A model generated the notes under the pieces. That model was not told where the DNA came from and searched no databases. It worked only from the letters and a program-made list of their open reading frames with translations. Made by a program: the position numbers and the translations under genes. Below, piece after piece: positions 38,701-48,890 of a stretch of DNA of 64,000 nucleotides. Positions within the stretch are counted from its first letter, which is position 1; every line of letters begins with the position of its first letter. This DNA is from Mobula birostris (Eukaryota), in contig NC_092402.1 in the NCBI RefSeq assembly GCF_030028105.1, forward strand, positions 64,839,110-64,903,109, in the 5' to 3' direction.

Positions 38701-39877
38701 TTAGCCAGGGTTTCCTCACACTTCTATTTATCCCCGTGTGTGCACCGCTCTTCCTGACATTTGATTCCGCAAGACACAGCATCCCGCTACGCCAGACAGG
38801 TCGACCGTGCCGCGCCTCGACGGAATGAAACAACATACGCTGCCGTCCCTGAACTGACGACTATTTCGGTGACTCCCTGAGCTCTGAGTGACACCTCTCT
38901 ATCCAGACCTCAGTCTTAACGGAGCTCTCCCCGACGAGCACTTGCCCGACCCAGCTTCCAGACCTCCACTAGCTGCTGTTAGGTTACCAAGAAACCCAGT
39001 GGAAAATAGCTGATTGTAACCGGGAATTGTTCGAACGTTTACCCCGCCCACGATTTGCCCGATTCCGCTCTTTTTTTTCTCTGAACCAGTGAACAGATAC
39101 GGGACGAGTTACAGATACAGACGAGTTGGGAAATCCTGGTGAGAGACAGTACACTTACTTGCCCTTAAAGTCCTCAACTAGACCTTGCATCTGCACAAGG
39201 TCCGATTCGAACTTCAGCTTCTCCTGCCCAAGAGTTTCCAGTTGCCTCTTGAGGTTGTCAATGTAAGTTTGGAACATGTTATCGATGTTGGAGGTGTACG
39301 TCCCCTGCCTCTTCAGGAGCTCCAGTTTGACCTTCAGCTGAGCATTTTGCTGTTCGAGAAGGCGAACCTGCGGGTAAGGAATGAACACACGCTTAGATTT
39401 TTGCATTGAGCTGGCGAGGAAGTGAAAAGAGACATTTGCACAGTGCTGCCAAGACAGGCGCAGACAGAGCTGGATACGGTACGGTACCTGGTTTATGAAA
39501 CTTGCGAACTGGTTGTTGAGCGTAGTGAGCTCCCTCGTTTCCTGCATACGAACTTGCTGCAGACTGGTGTCATTTTGTGGTAGCGGGGCGCTTAGATCAA
39601 GGGCCGGCATCATCGAACTGGAACTGAAATTTGAACTTGAACCGTAACCTGAAGCGTAACTTGAACCGCTTGAACCAAGCCTGAACGATGAGCCAGAAAG
39701 TATACGTCTTGCCCCTCCGATACTTGGTCCAATTCCGGCTCCAGACACACTCATCGCCTTTCTGCTACTAATTCTTCGCGACGACCCCATGGCGCCGCCA
39801 AGACTAGACCGCATCGATGGGCTGCCTGAAAACTGCGTGGTCTGTCTAAAGGACCTTTTGGTGTAAGAGCCGCTCAT
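35600..39877 (-). CDS. Type II keratin (K8-like), gene A; 9 exons, 491 aa
   Basis: Exons (minus strand) 39488-39877, 39159-39367, 38533-38593, 38354-38449, 38100-38264, 37873-37998, 37165-37385, 36579-36628, 35600-35757. GT-AG introns, 1476-nt open frame. Motifs [26 protein letters not shown] and [13 protein letters not shown]; K8-like tail [11 protein letters not shown]. Confidence 0.93.
35945..36115 (+). mobile_element. Degenerate tRNA-derived V-SINE (gene A intron 8)
   Basis: GGCTCAATTCC B-box-like motif and TGTAAGGAGTTTGTACGTTCTC block. Confidence 0.6.
36579..36628 (-). CDS. Gene A exon 8 (50 nt)
   Basis: CAG|[18 protein letters not shown]|GTAAG. Confidence 0.87.
37165..37385 (-). CDS. 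Gene A exon 7 (221 nt)
   Basis: [16 protein letters not shown]...[22 protein letters not shown]. Confidence 0.93.
37873..37998 (-). CDS. Gene A exon 6 (126 nt)
   Basis: [42 protein letters not shown]. Confidence 0.92.
38100..38264 (-). CDS. Gene A exon 5 (165 nt)
   Basis: [37 protein letters not shown]...AK. Confidence 0.93.
38354..38449 (-). CDS. Gene A exon 4 (96 nt)
   Basis: [32 protein letters not shown]. Confidence 0.93.
38533..38593 (-). CDS. Gene A exon 3 (61 nt)
   Basis: [20 protein letters not shown]. Confidence 0.93.
39159..39367 (-). CDS. Gene A exon 2 (209 nt)
   Basis: VRLLEQQN...VEDFKG; AA|GTAAGT. Confidence 0.93.
39488..39877 (-). CDS. Gene A exon 1 (Gly/Ser head, 130 aa)
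   Basis: [10 protein letters not shown]...[11 protein letters not shown]; donor CAG|GTACCG. Confidence 0.92.
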
Positions 39878-39972
39878 GGTGAAATTAGAGTTTTGTTCTC
39901 TGGTTCCGAGTTTGCTGGAGCGATCAGTCCCGATCTGAACTGCTGGCGCAGGTGAGAGCGGCTTTGAGCTGC

Positions 39973-39979
39973 TTTTATG
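39973..39979 (-). promoter_or_regulatory. TATA-like box of gene A (copy at 55390-55396 for gene B)
   Basis: CATAAAA on the minus strand ~95 nt upstream of the ATG. Confidence 0.55.
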
Positions 39980-40454
39980 AGCAGTGCGGATCTGGGCTTG
40001 GTCAGGGTGTCAGCTGACAGAAATGGGCATGGTAACATCGAGATAGAGGAGGAGCTAGGCACACCCTCTCCCATGGGTTCCAACCTGTCCGCTTGTGCAT
40101 GGTAACCGCTCTCGGGGCCTCGGGCCAAACTGGCGTCAGCAAGAATGAGTGAGTCCGGGAAACAAGAAGAGCTCCCTCCTGGAGCTCAAGCTACGCCGAT
40201 CAAGAGCGGAGAAACGACCATTAGGTGTCAGTTTGACTGCCCAACCCACCTGACCCACGGTGGTTGAGATACATTGTACAGATAGGTGGTAGATTCAGAG
40301 TATCTCCATCACTGCAAGGCATGCTGGGACATTTTGAAAGCAGCTCCCGGTTCCCGGTCATTTTACTTGCCCTCCGAATTCCCATACCGACCTGGCTGCC
40401 CTGGACGTCCTGGATTGCAAGGATCATGCTAGAGGAACAGCACCTCATATTCCC

Positions 40455-41240
40455 TTTGCCCCTCCACCTATCTTTGCATTGTCTGTAAAATTTGCAATAA
40501 AGCCATCAATTCCTTCAACAAATGATTGACTTATAATATAAAAAGAATTGGTCCCAACATAGACCCCTGTAAAACACCACTGATCACTGGCATCCAACAA
40601 GAACGGGCTCCCTTTATTCCCACTCTTTGCCTCCTGCCAATCAGCCACAGCTTTACCCATGCTAGAATCTTCCCTGTAATACCATGTACACGTAGCTTGT
40701 TAAGCAGCCTCATGTGTGGCACCTTGTCAAAGCCCTTCTGGAATTCCAAGTGTACAAGATTAACCAATTCTCCATTATCTATCCTGTTTGTTATTACTTC
40801 AAAGAATTCCAACAGATTTGTCAGGCAAGATTTTCCCTTGAGCAAACCATGCTGAGTACAGCCTATTTTATCTTATGCCTCCAAGTATCCTGACAGCTCA
40901 TCCTTAATAATCGACTCCAACACCTTCCCAGCCAATGAGGTCAGACTAACTGGCCTATATTTTCCTTTCTTCTACCTCTCTCCCTCCTTGGAGAGTGGAG
41001 TGACATTTACAATTTCCCAGTCTTCTGAAACCATTCCAGAATCTAGTGATTCTTGAAAGATAACTACTAATGCTTCCACGATCTCTTCAGCCATCTCTTT
41101 CAGAACTCTGGTGTGTACACCATCTGGTCCAGGTGACTTATCTACCTTCAGACCTTTCAGCTTCCTGAGAACCTTCTCTCTAGTTATGGTAACTTCACAC
41201 ATTTCATGCTCCCTGACACCTGGAACTTCCGCCATACTGC
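40455..41240 (-). mobile_element. CR1 RT fragment upstream of gene A (copy ~55872-56657)
   Basis: KSPGPDG, KGKSCLTNLLEFFE, GVLQGSMLGP. Confidence 0.85.
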
Positions 41241-43502
41241 CCTCCCCACCTCCCTTATTCGGTTCCATCTTTCACCTTCATCTCCTATCAGATCCCACCA
41301 TCTGCAACCCTCTGTCACGTCCACATGTCTCCTCCCAGTCTCTGTCACTATAGGGTCACAATTCTACAGTATCATGGCTGCCTGGTCTTGGCCTCAGCTC
41401 CACTTTCTCATCCCCTTCCCATCCCATATGTTTGACCGAGTCAGTGGATGCTGGAGCTGGTCTGCACTTCACATTCATCTCTTGCGCAGTGTCTACGTAC
41501 CACGCAGCTCACTAGTCCTGGCAGTCTCCCTTTTGTAGCTGTTACGTGAGATGGAGCAGGCCACAGGATGTAGACAGTGGAAACAAAGGCCCTGCCAGAG
41601 AACCACCCTGATGGCTTTTTGGCTACTGATGTTTTCAAGGGCCCTTAAAACTTTCAGATATTGGTGGTAGTTCGGCATCTAAGTAATTCAAAAGAATAAA
41701 TGCTGTTGTGAAAATATATTTATTTCCTGTAGGATGTTCACTTTCTGTAAATGAATGAAAAAATAATACAAATATTCACTAAAGTAAGCAAACTTGTCAT
41801 TTTAATGAAGGGAAGCAGCACAGATAAAATGACTGCGGTCCTGCTAGGTGAAACCTCTATGCTAGTGTAAGCTGAAAGGCCAGAGTAGCTTTGGAGTAAG
41901 GACTGGTGCATGTAGCCTTAGCTGGGGCCTGTGAGTGTGCCCTTGACTACACCTTTGCTTGTGGAAAGTGGGAGGAATCAAAAGAGAAGTTACTAAGGGT
42001 AAGGACATGCTCTGCCAGGCAGAGGAACAGTGTTGACAGAGGACTGCACACACAAAATGCTGGAGAAACTCAGCAGGCAGCATCTGCGGAAAGGAGTAAA
42101 CAGTTGATATTTCAGGCTGAAACCCTTCTTCAAGATTTCCAGCATCTGCAGATTTTCTCACGTTGACAGAGAGTAACTGGTTGCATCATTATTCCGGAGA
42201 GATGCTGAGGGCCCAAAGACCATTATGCGGTAATTCTCTTAGATGTATAGAATTTTCAGCAACCATTATTTTCTGCTGCCTCAAAAGGATTATCTTGTTA
42301 ACTGATGAAATGCCATCATATATTTACTGTACTTGATGGTTTCGTGGCACAGGGGTCAGAAAGAATGTGAGAAACCTCCTGGACTTCATGTCCTCATTCA
42401 GGTCGGTCTGAAACCTGGGTTTGAGAGGAACCCACTCGTTGGTGCAAGAACTCAGCCGCGTGTGATGAAAATTGCTAACTACAGAAAAAAAATTGTTTCT
42501 CCTGACGGGTGCAACACTACAAATGCTTCATTTGCTGTAAATTTATGCTGAAATACTCCTCAATACGACTGATCAATGTTAATGCTTAATCGCAACAATT
42601 TATATGTGTCAGAATATAGGTAGTGATTGTCTAATGAAAGGGACTTGACCCTGAAAAGCATTTTTTCAAGCAAAATTTCATAAATGGAGATGGCTGTGTG
42701 AATTCCATTAACTTGAACCTGAACTTCAAATGGTACAATTTGTTATTATGCACCATGATTGACACATCAAGGAGATATAAAGATTTCTAAATAGAAAGCA
42801 CATACCCTAGAAGGTCAATAAAATTTTTTTTAAAGTTGTTAACCAACATTTATATATTGATTGTATAAATATATTTGAAACTGTAAAAAACATTGCAACC
42901 CATGTTTACAAAGTATCTCGGGTTCCAAAGAAATGTTTGGAGTTTTCTACCAGGCCAGAGGTCTTCCAGGTTAGTGTATTATTCATGATACCGCACAAAG
43001 TTGTTCACAATTCTTGCCTATTATATGCTATTGTCTTTGTCTCTCTGTGTCCATCAGAATTGTTGCCTTTTATTACCCTCTTGCTACAATTTGGAAAAGC
43101 TATGCCAATTGGCTAATGTAGCATATATCTTCCCTCACAAGCTTTCCCTGTGCTTTAATTCCCAATTTGGCGAAGCAGTTGACTGAGGTCACAAGTTGAA
43201 CATGCTTCATATTTGCCTCTATATGTGTTGCAAAACTGTCTAATATGCCTCCAATGACATTTCTGCTTAGATTTGATCAAGGGCAGCTGATGTCCAATGG
43301 GTCTAACAACAGATCTTGGAGAATTCAGAAAGTGTGATTTTCTTTTTGTGCGATCAGAATGCCACTTTCTTTGTGGGAAGTAAAGACAGTGTCTGGGTGT
43401 CTGTGTTTTCTCCAACCACGCTGAGCTGCTTGGCATCAAATTCTCTTCAGATGCACAATGCGGCAGGTCCTCTCCAATTTGGTCTCATTTGGAAGCTAAT
43501 AA

Positions 43503-43667
43503 TAGTCATAGGCATAGTCATACTTTATTGATCGCGGGGGAAATTGGTTTTTGTTACAGTTGGACCATAAATAATAAGTAGTAATAGAACCATAAATATT
43601 TAAATAGTAATATGTAAATTATGCCAGTAAATTATGAAATAAGTCCAGGACCAGCCTATTGGCTCAG
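43503..43667 (-). mobile_element. Rex1-like 3' end fragment (copy ~58920-59084)
   Basis: Matches 20200-20350. Confidence 0.7.
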
Positions 43668-43827
43668 TAGCTTCCACTATGAGCTGATGGTAGTACACGT
43701 GCAAGTAATTGGTTTGATATTGTCACATGTACTGAGAAGATGTAGAGAAATGCTTTTGCTTTGCACGCCATCCAGACAGGGTATCCAAACGTAATAACTT
43801 CGAGGTAGTACTAAAGGAATACAGAAT

Positions 43828-44070
43828 TGTTGAGACGAACAGCTGAACCCAAATGCAGGACACTGATACATAGAGACAGAGTTGACACCGGCAAACAACA
43901 GCGCGGAAAGAGAATCTAGAATACACAATTGTAAGCGGCCTAGGACGTGAACTAGCACACTGGCTGAAGCAACGATCTGGCGATGAGTGGATGGAAAGCC
44001 GGGGTACTTACGCTGCAGGTTAGATGAGATTCAGGTACACCGCAATCAGGAAGCCCGGGAGAACAAAAGG

Positions 44071-44111
<41 letters not shown>

Positions 44112-44189
44112 GGAGCTGGAGAAACACGCGGGGAAAGGGAATTAGGAGAACATCAGGAATAAATAGAAGGGACGGCCGGGACCGTGACA
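43828..44189 (-). mobile_element. Solo LTR containing (CA)n (copy 59245-59644)
   Basis: TGT...ACA termini with 5-bp TSD AGAAT on both sides. Confidence 0.75.
44072..44109. repeat. (CA)n microsatellite, ~19 units; the copy at ~59489-59564 is 38 bp longer
   Basis: Direct reading; the offset shifts from 15417 to 15455 here. Confidence 0.95.
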
Positions 44190-45390
44190 AGAATTTAACA
44201 GAGCAAGTGCAATACAAGTTGACAAATCAGGTTCAAGGTTGACAATACATTTTCACCTAGCAAACACATGGAATTTGTACACATTTATTGTATGTATTTT
44301 GCCAATCTCGATAATGAAAGTATTGTTGTTGACATTTAGATAGCGGTGGCACTTTATTTTCTATGCCTAATTCAGAAGATGAAACCATGCTTAGGATGTT
44401 GTTGGGAAATAAGTAGTGTGTAGTTGGAGATTTTGGTACAAGGCTTTAGAATCACTATCCTGGTTTTCTCAAGGCATCAGCTTTATTTGTGCTCAGGATT
44501 ATGCATGTTACTTCATGATCTGCAGTATTGCATCTCTTGCTGTCAAGTTGCATAATCCATGGTGAGATTCCAACAGATGATCTGCTTGCCCTCAAAAAGC
44601 CACTTACACTGCCATTAGTGAATTATCGGCAGAGAAGATCACAGAGAAGCTGATGGTGGGGCACGATCAGCTGCATATATAGCTTTAACCATGCTCAAGA
44701 TGGCAACTACTAACTTGCCAAGCTCACCTACTTCTGGCTTAGCCATCGATCCTCAGCAAATTGCTGAGAACAGAACCTTACATTAATGACAGCAGGGATA
44801 TTGACTCCCTCCTTCACGCCCAAGGACAAAGCTGGGAACTGGGCCATGTATGCAGCTGGATGTGGGCAGGAAACATCGATATGAACATGGTCCTGGAACG
44901 TGCAGTCAGAAAATGGCCGGGAGGTAAATGGGTGAATGGAGTATGATTAAGTACCTGGCCAGAATCAAGTTTATAATTATGGCTGAGGTATGACTAGGAG
45001 AGGCACCAATTGTGCAACCTGGAGCAGAGTTAGATGTGCAATAGCTACTCCAGTTAAAAGCAATCGTATGCAACTTCCACTCTGTGTACTTTACTAAATT
45101 TAGGGCACTGGAACCTTTGATAATGCTGCAGTCACATCCCAATAATGTGTTTGATCTTTCAATGACTTCAAGAAGTGGGATGGAGAACACACCCATGTCT
45201 ATCAATGGTGCTGTAGTGGAGATGGTTGGGAGTTTCAAATGACCAGGTGTACTTATCACCGACAATTTGTCTTGGCTCAGCTACATGGATGATACAGCCA
45301 AGGAAGCACATTAGTGCCTCTACTTCCTCAGAATTCTAAGGAACTTCAGCATGTCCCTGATGACCCTCACCAATTTTCACAGATTCTGTA

Positions 45391-46107
45391 TGTAAGCCCC
45401 CCTGGCAAGCCTTAGGGTCGCTCAACTTGCTGTCGTCTCGGGAAACAGCCCTCGGCCCCACCAAACTGGGTAATTAAGTTTGCGTGGATGCTGTGTGATG
45501 TAACCCACCCTGCCAAATAACAGACAATACACCATATATGATAAAATGAATGACAGTTTATAGAGATTACTGGAACTATATAATGAATAGACATAAAATA
45601 TAAAAGGAAAATGAAAGGCACCACACTTATCAAAGTTCAATCTCTTCGTGCACAAACAGTTGGAGCTCTAGTAACGATCCTCTCTTCACCATTCGTTCCC
45701 CTCTGACCACTTCGACGTGCCGCCTGGGACCAACCACGGTGGTCGACCAGGCGCTCCACACGAGTCTGTCGCCGTCTCCTCTCCTCACCGAAGACCCCGG
45801 ACCTTGGACTCCTGCTCGGGTCCGACCCCGTTAGCCAGCTCACAGCACATTGTCCATCCTCTCTCTGTCCATGGCGCCTTCTCCCCAAAAACCCACGCAT
45901 CATAATAACTTACAGACACACTAGAAAGAATAACATGGATGCCCATTGGTTCATTTGTTCTCTTATCAACATGATAACCCAAACAAGCTGTGAGCGAGAG
46001 AACTTTCTCAGCAGTTAACATAACAAAGAAGCCATTTTAATTATAACACAACAAAGAAGCCATTTTAATTAGCCTACGCAGTAACATAAAAGAAGAAACC
46101 CCTTACA
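45391..46107 (-). mobile_element. Solo LTR (717 bp) in a Rex1/L2 fragment (copy 60846-61562)
   Basis: TGTAAG...CTTACA inverted termini, TGTA/TATA flanks, CpG-rich, internal ACAAAGAAGCCATTTTAATT direct repeat. Confidence 0.7.
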
Positions 46108-46149
46108 TATAAAACATACTATCTGGATGCTCTGAGTTAGCAAGAATCT

Positions 46150-47600
46150 ATGAACCCCCACCTTAAATACACCTGATGACGTGGCCTCCACAGCCAATTA
46201 TGGCAACAAATTCCACAGATTCACCACCCCCTGGCTATAGAAATCTCTCCTAATCTTCATTCTAAATGGACGTCCCTCTATTCTGAGTGTATACCCTCTG
46301 CTCTGAGACTCACGCACTATGGGAGGCTACTTTTGAGATCGTTTTTGATATTGTTGGCTAGCTTACCTTTGTAGCTCATTTTTTAGCTCCTTATGGCTAT
46401 TTTAGTTGTCTTCTGTTGATTTCTGAAAGCTTCCCACTCCTCAAGTTTCCCACTAATTTTCCTTCTATTATATGCCCTGTGTTTTGCTCTTATGTCGGCC
46501 TTGACTTCTCTTGTCAGCCACTTGCCTTGAGAATATTTCTTCTTTGGGATGTATCTGTCCTGTATCTTCCAAATTGCTCCCAGAGGCTCTAACCATTGTT
46601 GCTCTGCCGTCATCCCTGCTAATGTTTCCTTCCGATCAGCTTTGGCCAGCACCCCTCTCATGCCTCTGTAATTCCCTTTACTCCACTGTAATACTGATAC
46701 ATCTGACTTTAGCTTCTCCCTCTCAAATTGCAGGGTGAATTCTATCATATTATGATCACTGTCTCATAAGGGTTCCTTTACTTTAAGCTTCCTCATCAAA
46801 TCTGGTTCATTACACAACACCCATTCCAGAATAGCCTTTCCCCAGTGGGCTCAACCACCACCTTCTTTAAAAGGGCCATCTTGTCCGCAATCTACAAATC
46901 CTCTCTTGCAATCCAGCATCAACTTGATTTTCCCAATCTATCTGCATATTGAAATCTGACTATTGTCACATTGCCCTTTGAGATGCCTTGTTTATCTCCC
47001 GTTGTAATTTGTTTTCTTAGTGATTTCCAATTTTCAATTCATCCTATCTTCCTGCAAATTGTCTACATCCATTCATTCCCTGCCTGTTCACGTGGCTGCA
47101 TAAGTGGTTCTAAAATGTTCATATCCTATCTACTTCCAACAACCAGTGTTTCAGCACATTCTAGGCATCCACCACTCTCTGTATAAAGAACTTGACTTGT
47201 ACATTTTCTTTAAACTTTCCTACTTTCACCTTAAATCTACGTATGTCCTCCAATATTTGACATTTCCACCTGGGGAAAAACTCTGATTAGTTACCCGATC
47301 TTTACCTCTCATAATTTTATATACTCTTTATCATGTCGCCCGTCAGCCACCAACACATCGAATACACTCCAATCCATACAGCATCCTGGCGAATCTCTTA
47401 TACATTCTCGGTCCAAAGTCCTTCCATTCTTCCTGCAGTGCAGAAACCAGAATGGGACAAAATACTCCAAATGTGGCCTAGCCAAAGTTTTGTGTAGCTA
47501 CAACATGATTTGCCAACTTTAACTCAATACCCTGACCAATGAAGGCAAGCATAACCTACACCTATTTTACTACCCTAATCTCTTGTACTATCACTTTCTA
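46150..47600 (-). mobile_element. Degenerate CR1 fragments (copy ~61605-63055)
   Basis: IEFTLQFEREKLKSDVSVLQW, homologous to the 28738 ORF. Confidence 0.75.
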
Positions 47601-47874
47601 TGGATATGCTTTGTAGTTCTTCTTGTAAACTGGAGATTGGAAATTGCAGGCCTATACTAACTTGAAACAGGTGAGAGACTGTTTCATCCAGGACGCTCAC
47701 TGCCCATAGATGAAGGTTACTTTCCTCATTCAATTTGGACTGTTTCCCATGGGATTGTTCTGATTCTTTGTGTCTCTCACTATACCTTTCAACTGGGCAG
47801 CATTTACGATGCTCAGAACCCTTGAGAGAAAGGAGAATATTCACACGATTAAAATTTTTTTTATCAGATTCCAA

Positions 47875-48140
47875 TGGCACTGTAGTGCAGTTGTTAGCAC
47901 AATGCTTTACAGTGTAGACAACTGAGGTTCAATTCCCGCCACTGCCTGTAAGGAGTTTGTATGTTCTCACTGTGACCGCGTGGGTTTCCTCCGGGTGCTC
48001 CAGTTTCCTTCCACAGTCCAAAGACATACAGGTCGGTAGGTTAATTGGTCATTGTAAATTGTCCCCTGATTAGGCTAGCGTTAAAAATTGGGCAATATGG
48101 CTCGAAGGGCCTGTTCCGCGCTGTATCTCAATAAGTCGAT
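47875..48140 (+). mobile_element. tRNA-derived V-SINE (HE1-like) (copy ~63331-63596)
   Basis: A-box-like TAGTGCAGTTGTT, B-box GGTTCAATTCC, V-domain GCGTGGGTTTCCTCCGGGTGCTCCAGTTTCC..CCACAGTCCAAAGAC. Confidence 0.8.
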
Positions 48141-48735
48141 AAATATGTTCTCTAAGACAATGTAAAAGTAATTTCTTTGGTGAAGGAGGAGCTAGCTGGC
48201 TGCTATGCTTGGACTTGTGTGATAGCTTTAAACATATTTTATGTTTCTTTCAGTAACCTTCCTCTAACTTACAAATTATTTCAAAGTTCTTGAATTTCTG
48301 ACAAAGGTATGATGGTTTCTCTTTTCAGTACTTGAATAATGTGCTTAAGCAAAGAAAGAGTCCAGATTGGCAGATTCAAAAATTTCAGTTTATTCAGTGT
48401 TACAGAAATGCCACAAAAGATAAATCCCCAACATAAAATGAGTCAAAATCACAAATCAGAGCACCACATCTAAAACTTTGATTAATTTCCTATTTTCAAA
48501 GGCCCAAGAAGTAAAGGATGAACTTTCCACTTTTCCCACAAACCCAAGTTACAGACTAACTTGACGTTTGCTGTGTATTGGTTAATTTCATGTTGCTTAA
48601 CTATGTAAAATTGAGTAGAATTCCAAGATCAGGCAGAAAGTTAATCTAAACAAGTTAACCACTTCACTGAACAGACTGTGTGAATGAAGTATAAAAACTG
48701 GCAAGAGAGTCACCAGAGACATAACTGACAGTAGT

Positions 48736-48890
48736 TTATAACTGATTGATTGAAGATCCACTTCTGCTTGAAGAGGTCTGCTGCACTGAGCTCAGAATTA
48801 CTGCTCTTTTTCCACCAGTTTCCATCTCACTGCCCCCTTTGAGGTAGCCAGACATACCACTACTTGCGCTGCTGAAATCCCCAAAACTTC
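48736..48890 (-). CDS. Gene B exon 9 (tail type B)
   Basis: Strong polypyrimidine tract + CAG acceptor, phase 1; [51 protein letters not shown]; AATAAA on the minus strand at 48389-48394. Confidence 0.85.

Larger units (their letters stand above)
38740..40260. promoter_or_regulatory. CpG-island-like region over the promoter and 5' part of gene A (copy ~54160-55680)
   Basis: Visibly dense CpG dinucleotides compared with CpG-depleted flanks (by eye, not computed). Confidence 0.6.

Noticed and set aside
42100-42140. Additional hammerhead-like remnants (also ~11250, ~50925, ~57520)
   Set aside because: Core nucleotides or stems are mutated; these are decayed PLE tails.
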